A stretch of DNA of 32,000 nucleotides. It comes from Aliivibrio fischeri ES114. Lineage in GTDB: Bacteria > Pseudomonadota > Gammaproteobacteria > Enterobacterales > Vibrionaceae. Under the pieces are notes generated by a model, which was not told the origin of the DNA, did no database searches, and saw only the letters and a list, made by a program, of their open reading frames with translations. The position numbers and the translations under genes are program-made. Where the stretch lies: assembly GCF_000011805.1 (NCBI RefSeq), contig NC_006841.2. The stretch is one strand, 5' to 3'. How positions within the stretch are numbered: the stretch's first letter is position 1; every line of letters starts with the position of its first letter. Positions 1 to 9,178 of this stretch are shown in pieces.

Positions 1-981
1 TCTGTCTTTCATCATATCTTGTAATGCAACCATACCAAGCGTTGCACAAACACCAATAAAGAAACCATTCAGTATTTGAGCTATTAACATTGAAGTAAAG
101 CTGGTGCTTGAAAGCATAACAAGAAAGAACATAGCGCCAGATATAACACCAAGGGTCATTACTCTGGTTGTACCCATTTTCTCAGCCATTTTTCCTGCTC
201 CAAGCATCACAGGGATCTCGCATGCTGCAGCCACACCAAACATCAGTCCTAACCAACTAACATCCACTTGTAACTCTTGTGAAAGATACAAAGGCATACT
301 TGTAATGTACAAATTGTTAGCTGAAAAGGCACAGACGATAATGAAACAATAGAGGATTACTATGCGTCCGAGAGGCTTATGTTCAGTAATTGCGGCTGTT
401 TTTTCTTCTTTTGTTACGACGTTATCAGGAATAAATTTAGCAATGATCAGTATTGCTACTGATACTGTTATAGCAGAGACAGCAAATGCTGCACTGAATC
501 CAAATTGTGCTTTAAGCATGAATGCTGCTGGTGGGCCAAATACCCAAGCTATGGCAAGACCCGCTCGCATTGTTGCTAAAAAACTGGTGCTGTTGGTAAC
601 GTGTCTGTCACCATATTCACGACCTAAAGCAAACAGTTGACCAAAAGAAGCACCACTTACGCTCCCAAATACGACCGCCATGGTAATCGCTAACCAATAA
701 TCACGAATAACAGTAAAACTGGCGACTAAAATTAAGTAGCTTGCTAGTGATATCATCAGAATGGTTTTACGATTCCAATGCGTGTCTGAGCGTTTAGCAA
801 TAAATTGAGATACGATCACTGAACTGCTGACTGCAAGTGTCATATATAGACTCAGCATCATTGGTGAAGCATCTAGCTCTTCAACAATGAATAGGCTTGA
901 TAGTGGATAAAAAAATGCACTGCAAAGCCCCGTTATAAAAGCGGTAAAAATAAATAGTAAAGAGGTTTTATCTTTATACAT
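1..981 (-). CDS. Sugar efflux transporter-like MFS protein (SetA/SetB family), 3' end cut by the window edge
   Basis: Absent from the ORF track because it runs off the left edge. Manual translation from the reverse-strand ATG at 981 gives MYKDKTSLLFIFTAFITGLCSAFFYPLSSLFIVEELDASPMMLSLYMTLAV...FGSVSGASFGQLFALGREYGDR...FLATMRAGLAIAWVFGPPAAFMLKAQFGFSAAF..., with hydrophobic segments and the QLFALxREY...MRAxLxxAWVxGPPxAF pattern typical of Set transporters. Confidence 0.8.
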   Translation of the reverse strand, partial: MYKDKTSLLFIFTAFITGLCSAFFYPLSSLFIVEELDASPMMLSLYMTLAVSSSVIVSQFIAKRSDTHWNRKTILMISLASYLILVASFTVIRDYWLAITMAVVFGSVSGASFGQLFALGREYGDRHVTNSTSFLATMRAGLAIAWVFGPPAAFMLKAQFGFSAAFAVSAITVSVAILIIAKFIPDNVVTKEEKTAAITEHKPLGRIVILYCFIIVCAFSANNLYITSMPLYLSQELQVDVSWLGLMFGVAAACEIPVMLGAGKMAEKMGTTRVMTLGVISGAMFFLVMLSSTSFTSMLIAQILNGFFIGVCATLGMVALQDMMKDR

Positions 982-1172
982 AACTCAATTCCAGTATACG
1001 AAATGTGGTTTAAGTGATCATTTGGTTTTACGGGTAGTCTACTTAATGATGAGCCTATTAATTGATGTTATTCGAGCTAGATCTAATACTATTCATTCAT
1101 CTTGTTATGCTTCTTTGACAGAAAATTATCACCATACTATTCTGAAACGGAAAGGAATCGATTGGAGTAGCA

Positions 1173-2060
1173 ATGAAGCTGTTTAAAGAGCATGTACTGA
1201 ATTTACCTAATTTTGACTGGATCGTAAGAGAGTTTCATTGTCGAGTTGAAGATAATGAGTTTGCGTGCTCTTGGCATTATCATTCTGAGTATGAATTGGT
1301 GTTGTATCTTGATCCTGATGGGGCATTTCAAGGTAGCTATTTTGCAGGTGATGCAATTGGTGATATTCACCATAATTCTTTATTTCTTTATGGCCCTGGT
1401 TTACCTCATATGGTGGCAGGAAGAAGTGTGAAGGTAGAACAGTCAAAGCACCACACTTTAATTATCTGGTTTGCTCATCATTGGGTTGAACGCTTAATTG
1501 CACTTATTCCTGAAGCAAGAAACTTAAAACGTTTATTGGATAATTCGGCTTATGGACTGTCGTTTAGCGTAGAGGTAGCACTGAAGGTATCGGAATTATT
1601 AAAACAAGCAACATCATTAGATCGCCACCAACAAGCTGTAAAAGTTATTGAGATAGTAGTGAGCCTTGCTGATGATATTGAAGCAAAGAAATTATCAACA
1701 ACACCTTATCGAATTAAACCTCTTTCGGACGATTCAGAATTTAATCACCGCATTGAACGAGCGACGAGATACATAGAAAAACACTATGGTGATGCGATAA
1801 AGATTGCTGATTTATGCAAACGACTTCATATGAGTGAGAGCTCGGCTTATCGTATGTTTGAAAAACATTATGGGATGAGTTTTTCTGATCATATAAAGCA
1901 ATACCGCATTGGTAAAGCTTGTGAATTGTTAGCGAGTACTAACTTACCTGTTTCGCTTGTTGCTGAGAAAACAGGGTTTAAAAATATATCTAATTTTAAT
2001 CGTCAGTTTAAGGAGTTAAAAACCATGACGCCGAGTGATTTTCGACGTCGATTTAATTAG
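1173..2060 (+). CDS. AraC family transcriptional regulator (N-terminal cupin, C-terminal AraC HTH)
   Basis: 295 aa ORF. C-terminus RATRYIEKHYGDAIKIADLCKRLHMSESSAYRMFEKHYGMSFSDHIKQYRIGKACELLASTNLPVSLVAEKTGFKNISNFNRQFKELKTMTPSDFRRRF is a typical AraC double HTH. N-terminus resembles a cupin (WHYHSEYELVLY). AAAGGAA-like RBS upstream. Confidence 0.9.
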   Translation: MKLFKEHVLNLPNFDWIVREFHCRVEDNEFACSWHYHSEYELVLYLDPDGAFQGSYFAGDAIGDIHHNSLFLYGPGLPHMVAGRSVKVEQSKHHTLIIWFAHHWVERLIALIPEARNLKRLLDNSAYGLSFSVEVALKVSELLKQATSLDRHQQAVKVIEIVVSLADDIEAKKLSTTPYRIKPLSDDSEFNHRIERATRYIEKHYGDAIKIADLCKRLHMSESSAYRMFEKHYGMSFSDHIKQYRIGKACELLASTNLPVSLVAEKTGFKNISNFNRQFKELKTMTPSDFRRRFN

Positions 2061-2130
2061 AACAGAACTTTGGTTACAGCTGATAAATTACGTTATTATT
2101 TATTACCTTCTAAATTTGGTTGATGTTCTT

Positions 2131-3033
2131 ATGCCTATCACCTCTTTTTCACTGATCCCTGTAGGGGTTAGATTTATGTTTCTTTCAGCGCTTGGATTCG
2201 CGCTTATGTCTGCGTGTGTAAAATACGTGAGTAATTACGGTATTCCAGTATTTGAAATTGTGGCAGCAAGGGCGCTCGTTTCTTTAATAATTAGCTATGC
2301 TGATGTGAAACGAAAAGGCATTTCGATATGGGGAAATAATAAGCCATTACTTCTTGCTCGTGGGGCAGTAGGTACAACGGCTCTTATGTGTGTTTACTAT
2401 GCAGTGACGACTCTACCTTTGGCTGAAGCTACGATCTTACAATATGTACATCCTATTTTTACTGCATTGCTCGGCGTTCTATTTCTTAAAGAACACATTC
2501 AAAAATCAACCATGATCTGCATTGCGTTCTGTCTTGCTGGATTGTTTGTCATGGTTCAGCCAAGCATGGACAGTGGAAGCACGAGTGAACTGCCAATTTT
2601 TAGTATCGCTGTTGCTTTGTGTGGTGCGTTAGGGAGCTCTATTGCTTATGTGATAGTTAGAAAACTCAGCCAGACAGAAGACAGCTCCGTTATTATCTTT
2701 TATTTCCCATTAGTGGCATTACCTATCTCAACTGTACTGATTTGGAATGACTTTGTATGGCCAAGTTTGTTCCTTACGATGATCTTGATTTTAATCGGCA
2801 TCTTCACACAAATTGGGCAATACGGACTGACCAAAGCTATGCAAACCCAAGCCGCGGGTAAAGCGTCTGCTTACTCTTATGTACAGATTGTCTTTTCAGC
2901 GTTATTAGGTGTTTGGATATTTAATGAAATTCCATCCATTTGGACATATTTAGGTGGTGGCTTGATTGTGACTGGTGCACTAATTAACGTATTTGGTAAG
3001 CAGTCGGTTTCTACTCTCAAGAAAAGTAGTTAG
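2131..3033 (+). CDS. DMT superfamily (EamA) transporter
   Basis: ORF track gives 2035..3033, but the first 32 codons overlap the AraC 3' end. ATG at 2131 (MPITSFSLIPVGVRFMFLSALGFALMSACVKYVS...) is more likely. Multiple TM helices, EamA repeats (PLAEATILQYVHPIFTALLGVLFLKE; VQIVFSALLGVWIFNEIPS). Confidence 0.85.
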   Translation: MPITSFSLIPVGVRFMFLSALGFALMSACVKYVSNYGIPVFEIVAARALVSLIISYADVKRKGISIWGNNKPLLLARGAVGTTALMCVYYAVTTLPLAEATILQYVHPIFTALLGVLFLKEHIQKSTMICIAFCLAGLFVMVQPSMDSGSTSELPIFSIAVALCGALGSSIAYVIVRKLSQTEDSSVIIFYFPLVALPISTVLIWNDFVWPSLFLTMILILIGIFTQIGQYGLTKAMQTQAAGKASAYSYVQIVFSALLGVWIFNEIPSIWTYLGGGLIVTGALINVFGKQSVSTLKKSS

Positions 3034-3048
3034 ACATAAAATCAATGA

Positions 3049-3077
3049 AAGCGCTAATTTACTTAAGTTAGCGCTTA
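3049..3077. terminator. Inverted repeat between convergent genes, possible bidirectional terminator
   Basis: AAGCGCTAA (3049-3057) pairs with TTAGCGCTT (3068-3076), 10-nt loop. Sits between the convergent EamA and LysR genes. No strong T-run. Confidence 0.4.
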
Positions 3078-3114
3078 CTCTCTTTGATAAGTTAGGTATG
3101 ATTAGAAGAAGTTA

Positions 3115-3999
3115 TTACTCAGACAGCTTTTGTTTTAAAAAATCAATAAAACAGCGCACTTTGAGTGGCGTATAACGACGTTGTGGGTAGATGGCATTGA
3201 TAGGTAACTGTTGACCTGAATACTTTGTCATTATCTGGCGTAAATGTCCCGATGTTAAGTGCGCTTTAGCCATCCAAATAGGTAAAGAAACAATGCCCAC
3301 TCCTGTAAGCGCCACATCTAACAATACATCGCCATTATCGCTTTGAAAATTTCCCTTTACAGGCACTGAATATTCTTTTTCTCCATGATTAAAATTCCAT
3401 ATATGCGCATCTTGTAGGCCTGAATAAATTAAGCAGTTATGTGTGGAGAGTTCGTTCGGATGTTTAGGCTCACCATATTGTTCTAAGTAATCAGGTGACG
3501 CGAATAAGTACATAGGATTATCCAAAAGATGACGGGCAACTAAAGAGGAATCTTCGAGATTTTTTGCTCTAATAGCGACATCAATACCTTCACTAATTAA
3601 ATTCACGTGCTTATCATTGAGAAGTAAATCAATTTTAATATCAGGATAATGTTGGAAGAATTCAGCAACGATAGGAGCAAGAAGAAAGCGACCAAAAGCA
3701 ACGGGTGCGGTGATTCTTATACTTCCTTGAGGCAGTGTTGCTTTAGAGCGGACCTTGGCTTCTACTTCATCAAGTTCACTTAGAATATTAACGCAGGTCT
3801 GATAATAATCACTTCCGGCAGGAGTTAACGAATGATCTCTGCTGCTTCGAGTTAACAGTTTTACGCCTATTTGATTTTCAAGCGCCGCGACTTTTTTACT
3901 TATGGTGGTTTGAGAGGTATTCATCTCTTTACCTGTAGCTGAAAAGCTGCCTGTTTCGACGACTCGAACAAAGGCTCTCATTGCACTTAACTGATCCAT
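3115..3999 (-). CDS. LysR family transcriptional regulator
   Basis: 294 aa. MDQLSAMRAFVRVVETGSFSATGKEMNTSQTTISKKVAALENQIGVKLLTRSSRDHSLTPAG N-terminal HTH plus a substrate-binding domain. Confidence 0.92.
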   Translation of the reverse strand: MDQLSAMRAFVRVVETGSFSATGKEMNTSQTTISKKVAALENQIGVKLLTRSSRDHSLTPAGSDYYQTCVNILSELDEVEAKVRSKATLPQGSIRITAPVAFGRFLLAPIVAEFFQHYPDIKIDLLLNDKHVNLISEGIDVAIRAKNLEDSSLVARHLLDNPMYLFASPDYLEQYGEPKHPNELSTHNCLIYSGLQDAHIWNFNHGEKEYSVPVKGNFQSDNGDVLLDVALTGVGIVSLPIWMAKAHLTSGHLRQIMTKYSGQQLPINAIYPQRRYTPLKVRCFIDFLKQKLSE

Positions 4000-4162
4000 A
4001 GGTTACTCAATTATTCCAAAAACGCATACTTGGTAGTCATTTTAGCATGGTTCTAGTCTAATTTGTTTATGTCTATACTCTCTTTCAAGCAATAAATACT
4101 TATCTATTTACATTAATTGTGAGTAATTATTCTAAAAGAGAATAGTGCTCAAGGAGCGAACC

Positions 4163-4696
4163 ATGACAACACATAAATTTATCGCTGGTGATGTATTTCC
4201 TACAATCCAACTTCCTACGTTAGATAACAATCTTATTAATCTTTCGGAACCACAAAATGGGGCAGATTGGAAATTGGTAGTGGTATATCGTGGTAAGCAT
4301 TGCCCATTGTGTACTCGTTACCTAAATGAGTTAGAAACATTAAAAAGTCGTTTTCTTGCTCTGGGAGTGGATATTGTTGCAGTATCGGCTGACAGTGAAG
4401 CTCAATTGACTTCTCATATGGCACAATTATCAGTGAGTTTTCCGATAGCTTATGGTTTGACGATAGAGCAGATGCAAATGTTGGGATTGTATATTTCAGA
4501 GCCTCGTTCTGAGCAAGAAACGGATCATATCTTTGCAGAACCAGGTCTTTTTGTAATCAATGAGAAAGGGCAAGTACAGGTCATTGATATTTCAAATGGG
4601 CCTTTTGTTCGTCCTGATTTGAATGTATTACTCTCTGGTCTTGAGTTTATCCGTAATCCAGAAAACAATTACCCTATCCGTGGTATGTATAATTAA
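4163..4696 (+). CDS. Peroxiredoxin-like family protein (AhpC/TSA redoxin fold)
   Basis: ORF 4145..4696; ATG at 4163 follows AAGGAGCG. Thioredoxin-fold features: WKLVVVYRGKHCPLCTRYLNELETLKSRFLALGVDIVAVSADSEAQ...FAEPGLFVINEKGQVQ. Confidence 0.85.
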   Translation: MTTHKFIAGDVFPTIQLPTLDNNLINLSEPQNGADWKLVVVYRGKHCPLCTRYLNELETLKSRFLALGVDIVAVSADSEAQLTSHMAQLSVSFPIAYGLTIEQMQMLGLYISEPRSEQETDHIFAEPGLFVINEKGQVQVIDISNGPFVRPDLNVLLSGLEFIRNPENNYPIRGMYN

Positions 4697-4724
4697 GCGT
4701 AACTAATTGTATTAATTGATTGAA

Positions 4725-4757
4725 AAGGGGCCAACAATTCTACTTTGTTAGCCCCTT
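4725..4757 (-). terminator. Rho-independent terminator-like hairpin downstream of the CxxC protein gene
   Basis: AAGGGGC-c-AACAA (4725-4737) pairs with TTGTT-a-GCCCCTT (4745-4757). In the minus direction it is followed by TTTT. Lies between two convergent genes. Confidence 0.55.
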
Positions 4758-4785
4758 AAAATGCATAATGCTATGTATGTGAGTG

Positions 4786-5157
4786 TTACTCAACGTCGCA
4801 ATTAGTGCAGCTTTGTAGTGCGATTTCGTGTTCAAAAACTAATGCATCATTTTCAGCCAGAAGTTCTGCAATTTCATCTGCTACTTCTTTCTCATCATCA
4901 GCTTCAATTTGACCTTCTAGCTCTTCTTCTGAATAACCGTAGAAGTTCAGTAATAAGTAATCACGAGCTTCTGCTTTAGTACAAGTTACGTTTACTGAAA
5001 GATCAGCTTCAACGTTGCCTTGTTCGATAATTGCAGCCAGTTGCGCTTGAACATCTTCTTTCATTGTTGCGGTTAACCAACCAAGGTCAGTATTCACTTT
5101 GGTTTTTTTACAGTTAAAACAAGGCAGTTCGTGAAAGTAGTATTGAAAATTAGTCAT
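4786..5157 (-). CDS. Uncharacterised small acidic protein with paired CxxC motifs
   Basis: 123 aa: MTNFQYYFHELPCFNCKKTKVNTDLGW...YGYSEEELEGQIEADDEKEVADEIAELLAEND...ALQSCTNCDVE. N-terminal CFNC and C-terminal CTNC. No family recognised. AGAGAAA RBS-like sequence upstream. Confidence 0.7.
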   Translation of the reverse strand: MTNFQYYFHELPCFNCKKTKVNTDLGWLTATMKEDVQAQLAAIIEQGNVEADLSVNVTCTKAEARDYLLLNFYGYSEEELEGQIEADDEKEVADEIAELLAENDALVFEHEIALQSCTNCDVE

Positions 5158-5232
5158 AGGTCATTTCTCTTTTGAGTGTTGTATCGCAAGATTATGCGCG
5201 TTTTTGAGGAAAATACTATATTAATAGAGTTA

Positions 5233-6129
5233 TTAGCCTGAAAAGTAGGACTTTATTTTTTCTCGCAACCACATATTTGCCGGTCTTTGTCGCTCTCGAT
5301 TATGGGTTAATAAACGATACTTAACTGGTTTAGATGTAAATGGGCAATCTAACATTTGTATATCCAGTTTATCAGCAAATGCGGTTGCGATACTTTCGGT
5401 CACCATCGCAATGCAATCACTTGTCGCGACCATCGACATTAATGACACAAGAGAGGTGCACTCTGCGGCTACTTGTCGTTCGCTTAGTCGTTCCTCGGTA
5501 AAATAATCTGCCATGTAGGTATCTTCACGACGTAACTTTAACGTAATGTGTTTCTCGGCATAAAACTGCTCACGAGTAACGCCACCTGTCAATCTTGGAT
5601 GCTTTTTCCTAGCAATGAGCCGGAGCTGATCATCAAATAAATGTTCGGTAAAAAATGAGCCTGTTGAATAGTTGGATATTTCAATAGCGAGATCAGCTTG
5701 ATGTTGATTGAGTGCTTGAATTAGCGCTTCTTCATTAGAGTGCGTCGGGTGCAACTCAATAGTGACATTACCCAAGCTTCTGTCTGCTTCCAACTTCGGT
5801 AGCAGCATTAACATTACAGGCTCTGAGGTATATATAACGAACTTGCGTGGATACTGGGTCGAAAAGCCCTCTAACCCTTCTAATGCGTTGTTGATTTGAG
5901 CTAATGCAGGCTCAACATGACGAATTAATTCTTGAGCATGCTGTGTTGGAATAATCCCTCGTCCTGAACGAATAAACAGCTGACTTCCCACCTGTTGTTG
6001 TAAACGCTTAAGTAAACCGCTTACTCCCGGTTGCGTTAATCCCATTTCTTCTGCGGCTAAAGTAATCGACTGGTGGCGATAAACCACCACAAACACTTTT
6101 AATAAGTTTAGATCTATATTTGAAACCAT
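5233..6129 (-). CDS. LysR family transcriptional regulator
   Basis: ORF 5233..6198; likely start at M24 (MVSNIDLNLLKVFVVVYRHQSITLAAEEMGLTQPGVSGLLKRLQQQVGSQLFIRSGRGIIPTQHA). Divergent from the alkylsulfatase gene. Confidence 0.9.
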   Translation of the reverse strand: MVSNIDLNLLKVFVVVYRHQSITLAAEEMGLTQPGVSGLLKRLQQQVGSQLFIRSGRGIIPTQHAQELIRHVEPALAQINNALEGLEGFSTQYPRKFVIYTSEPVMLMLLPKLEADRSLGNVTIELHPTHSNEEALIQALNQHQADLAIEISNYSTGSFFTEHLFDDQLRLIARKKHPRLTGGVTREQFYAEKHITLKLRREDTYMADYFTEERLSERQVAAECTSLVSLMSMVATSDCIAMVTESIATAFADKLDIQMLDCPFTSKPVKYRLLTHNRERQRPANMWLREKIKSYFSG

Positions 6130-6246
6130 CCTTTCCCTCAAACATAACATTTCGTGATGTGTTAAATACAGTTTCATGCATGTATCGCTATGTGTCAATG
6201 CGCTAAATTAGCTCCATACCAATACGAATTCCCAAAGAGGCTACTT

Positions 6247-8268
6247 ATGAAAACTCGTTTTACTCTTTCAGTTCTTTCACTCTCTGTTATAGTTTCATTT
6301 GGTGCAGCAGCCAATGATTATGCATCTATTGATACGTACGAGGGAAAAGCGGCATCTAAGTTCACCGAAAATGCCAATACCGCAGTGGCAAAGAGCCTTC
6401 CTTGGGAAGATACGTCCGCGTTTAAACGTACTACCCGTGGCCTTATTGCCGAGTTTGGTACGCATGAAGCAGGCGAGCTTAAAAATCGTTTTGAATACAT
6501 GGCGGATATGTCTGTTGAAGACTTACCACCTTCAGTAAACCCATCAATTTGGCGTCAAGGAATGCTAAATTACGCTGCCGGTGGTCTGTACGAAGTGACG
6601 GATGGAGTATATCAAATTCGTGGTGCTGACTTATCAAACATGACTATCTACCGCACAGATAATGGCTATGTGATTCACGATCCACTTCTGTCTCGTCAAG
6701 CTGCGGCAGCTTCTTGGGAATTCGCAAAACAGCATCTACCTGCGATTAATGGTGAGCACAAAATTACCGGTATGATCTACTCACATATGCACGCCGATCA
6801 CTTTGGTGGTTCACGTGGTGTCTATGAATCAGGTGATTTTGCTAAAGATGCTGAAATCTACGCACCAAAAGACTTTATCAAAGAGCTGGCTGATGAGAAT
6901 GTCATAGCAGGCACCGCAATGGGGCGTCGTGCAAACTACCAGTATGGAACTACATTGGATAACAACGCGAAAGGTATTGTTGATAACGCTCTTGGCTTAG
7001 GCACGTCACGTGGTGAAGTAACACTTGTTGCACCGACAATTGAGATTCAAGAGCGCGAAAAAGTCATTAATATTGATGGACTCGATTTCCACGCAATCAA
7101 CATGCCGGGTGCTGAAGCGCCTGCTGAGATTGTATTATACGTACCAGAATACCGTTCACTGAATACCGCAGAGCTCACTTATGATGGTATGCATAACATT
7201 TATACTTTCCGTGGCGCCAAAGTTCGTGATTCATTGGTGTGGACTAAATACCTAACGGAGCTAAAGATGCGTTTTGTTGATAATGGGTTGGTAGACAATA
7301 TTCATGCGGCACATTCGGCACCTGTATGGAATGATACTAGTACTAACGTAAACGAAATTTCTGAGTACATGACGTTACAGCGTGATAACTATGGTTTCAT
7401 TCATAATCAGTCTATGCGCTTAGCCAATCACGGTGTGACGATTCATGATGTGGGTCGTCAAATTGAAGAGATCGTTCCACAGTCTCAAATCGATACTTGG
7501 CACACCAACGGTTATCACGGTTCATACAGCCATAATGCTCGTGCAGTGGTAAATCTGTACCTTGGATACCACGATATGAACCCAGTGAATACCAACCCAC
7601 TACAAACTAAAGATCAATCTTGTGTGTATGTGAATGCCGCAGGTGCCGACGTACTATATAAAGCGGGTATGGCTCACTTTAATGCTGGTGAATATCAAGA
7701 ATCATCTCAACTGTTTAATGACTTAGTACAATGTAACCCGAACAACATTGATTACCGTTTTGCACTCGCTGACAGCTTTGAACAGCAAGGTTACCAGTCT
7801 GAAACCATGGCGTGGCGTAACAGCTACTTGCAAGGTGCGGTTGAACTGCGTACTGGTGAGATCCAAGAGTCAATCAAACTCGCTTCACCTGATGTAATAG
7901 CAAACACTCCAACGGGCATGTTCTTAGACTTTATTGCTGTGAGTTTGAACGCACCAAAAGCAGAAGCCGCAGGTCTTGACTTTAACTTCGGTGTTTACCA
8001 CCCAGATCTTGGAGAGCGTTACTACGGTGAAGTGTCTAATGCGAATATGGCTAACATTGAAGTCGATAAGCTGCCAAAAGTTGATTTTGAATTAATCATC
8101 AACAAAGCAGATCTCACAAAAGTAGCTCTTGGTGAAACAACCTTAGATGCATTATTAAAATTTGGTCAAGCGGGTGTGAAAGGCGATGCATCACTGCTAG
8201 ATCAACTGGCGGGTTCACTAGATAAATTTGATGGCATGTTTGAAATTCTACCAATGCCAAGCAAATAA
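6247..8268 (+). CDS. Alkyl/aryl sulfatase, metallo-beta-lactamase fold with SCP2-like C-terminus (SdsA1/YjcS type), probably secreted
   Basis: ORF 6190..8268; ATG at 6247 gives signal peptide MKTRFTLSVLSLSVIVSFGAAAND. Metal-binding SHMHADHFGG; IHAAHSAPVWN; LYLGYHDMNPVNTNPL; C-terminal domain around LPKVDFELIINKADLTKVALGETTLDALLKFGQAGVKGDASLLDQLAG. Confidence 0.92.
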   Translation: MKTRFTLSVLSLSVIVSFGAAANDYASIDTYEGKAASKFTENANTAVAKSLPWEDTSAFKRTTRGLIAEFGTHEAGELKNRFEYMADMSVEDLPPSVNPSIWRQGMLNYAAGGLYEVTDGVYQIRGADLSNMTIYRTDNGYVIHDPLLSRQAAAASWEFAKQHLPAINGEHKITGMIYSHMHADHFGGSRGVYESGDFAKDAEIYAPKDFIKELADENVIAGTAMGRRANYQYGTTLDNNAKGIVDNALGLGTSRGEVTLVAPTIEIQEREKVINIDGLDFHAINMPGAEAPAEIVLYVPEYRSLNTAELTYDGMHNIYTFRGAKVRDSLVWTKYLTELKMRFVDNGLVDNIHAAHSAPVWNDTSTNVNEISEYMTLQRDNYGFIHNQSMRLANHGVTIHDVGRQIEEIVPQSQIDTWHTNGYHGSYSHNARAVVNLYLGYHDMNPVNTNPLQTKDQSCVYVNAAGADVLYKAGMAHFNAGEYQESSQLFNDLVQCNPNNIDYRFALADSFEQQGYQSETMAWRNSYLQGAVELRTGEIQESIKLASPDVIANTPTGMFLDFIAVSLNAPKAEAAGLDFNFGVYHPDLGERYYGEVSNANMANIEVDKLPKVDFELIINKADLTKVALGETTLDALLKFGQAGVKGDASLLDQLAGSLDKFDGMFEILPMPSK

Positions 8269-8305
8269 CATTTAATGAAAAAAATGCCCTATTGTGGGCA
8301 ATGTA

Positions 8306-8338
8306 ATGCCAGTCAGTTAAGTTGACTGGCATTTTTAG
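8306..8338 (+). terminator. Rho-independent terminator after the alkylsulfatase gene
   Basis: Perfect 11-bp stem AATGCCAGTCA (8306-8316) / TGACTGGCATT (8324-8334), 7-nt loop, followed by TTT. Confidence 0.8.
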
Positions 8339-8542
8339 TTTGGTGGAAAGGGGAGTTTATTGGTTGATATTAATGTATTGGTGTATGCGAGTTAAGTCAT
8401 TTGTTTATATTGGTTCACTCTAGCTGATGAGGGAGTGGGCTCAATAAAACAGTACGTACTAACTCGTTTTGGATAATTTCGAGTTAGAGATATTTATGGT
8501 GAAATTATTACTTCAAGTATGGAAAGCTATTTTGTTCTTTAG

Positions 8543-9178
8543 TTACTTGCTCACCTCAGCTGCGTCTGCCTTACTTTTTTTAATTAACTCTACAGCATAG
8601 TCTAACATCTCCGGACTCTGATCATTCGCAGCTGCAAGAAGTGCCGCTTTCAGACCTAGATCGACTTTGTTCCTCCCTCCAGCCTTGTGGTAACGAAGAA
8701 GCCCACAAACCTCTATCGTGTTTCGCCCTTTCTCTGTTTGGAATAGATATACTGCGCCAGGAACAGCAACTTTAATGTGCTCATCATAATCATCAAAATG
8801 TGGATGAATAATGCGATAATTTGTACTTTTTCGAGGAAAATTCTTATATGTCTTTCCTTTTGTAGATGTTCTGGTGCCTTTAGCTCCATTGCAATCCTTA
8901 CATGAAACGCAGAGATTCAATGGTTCGAACATCCATTGCGGTGAGCTGTCTTTATCAATGATGTGTTCTGTGTCCCACACCATACCATGAGTTGTGTGCA
9001 TACTTACCTGACAATAGGCACAGGTTCTATCTTGTTCAGCTATGTAATGCTTCTTGATGTTCGACTTCATTGTCGTCACACGGCAGTCGTCCCACTTTTG
9101 CTGAGGGGAGAGAGTATCACCTTGGACATTCTTAACGATTTGGGACTCTTCTTCACTCAATTCATAGGGCTTCATCAT
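8543..9178 (-). CDS. HNH-family endonuclease, PtuB-like partner of the upstream ATPase (Septu-like system)
   Basis: 211 aa. CAYC ... WDTEHIIDK ... NLCVSCKDCNGAKGTR (paired zinc-type CxxC around an HNH-like core), then YRIIHPHFDDYDEHI. Start codon overlaps the ATPase stop (ATGA, 9175-9178). Confidence 0.8.
   Translation of the reverse strand: MMKPYELSEEESQIVKNVQGDTLSPQQKWDDCRVTTMKSNIKKHYIAEQDRTCAYCQVSMHTTHGMVWDTEHIIDKDSSPQWMFEPLNLCVSCKDCNGAKGTRTSTKGKTYKNFPRKSTNYRIIHPHFDDYDEHIKVAVPGAVYLFQTEKGRNTIEVCGLLRYHKAGGRNKVDLGLKAALLAAANDQSPEMLDYAVELIKKSKADAAEVSK

Noticed and set aside
104-640. Plus-strand ORFs 104..352 and 362..640
   Set aside because: Antisense to the SetA/B-like transporter on the minus strand, whose translation is clearly protein-like. 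Low-complexity Ala/Ile-rich shadow translations.
1207-1446. Short ORFs 1207..1446 (-) and 1246..1431 (+)
   Set aside because: Lie entirely within the AraC gene; no RBS and no domain-like sequence.
2993-3175. 60-aa plus-strand ORF 2993..3175
   Set aside because: Overlaps the end of the EamA gene, a hairpin and the end of the LysR gene; composition not coding-like.
4236-4424. 62-aa minus-strand ORF within the redoxin gene
   Set aside because: Shadow ORF antisense to a well-supported CDS.
6299-8332. ORFs 6299..6538, 6318..6500, 7412..7600 and 8114..8332 over the alkylsulfatase gene
   Set aside because: Shadow frames; the sulfatase motif content explains the region.
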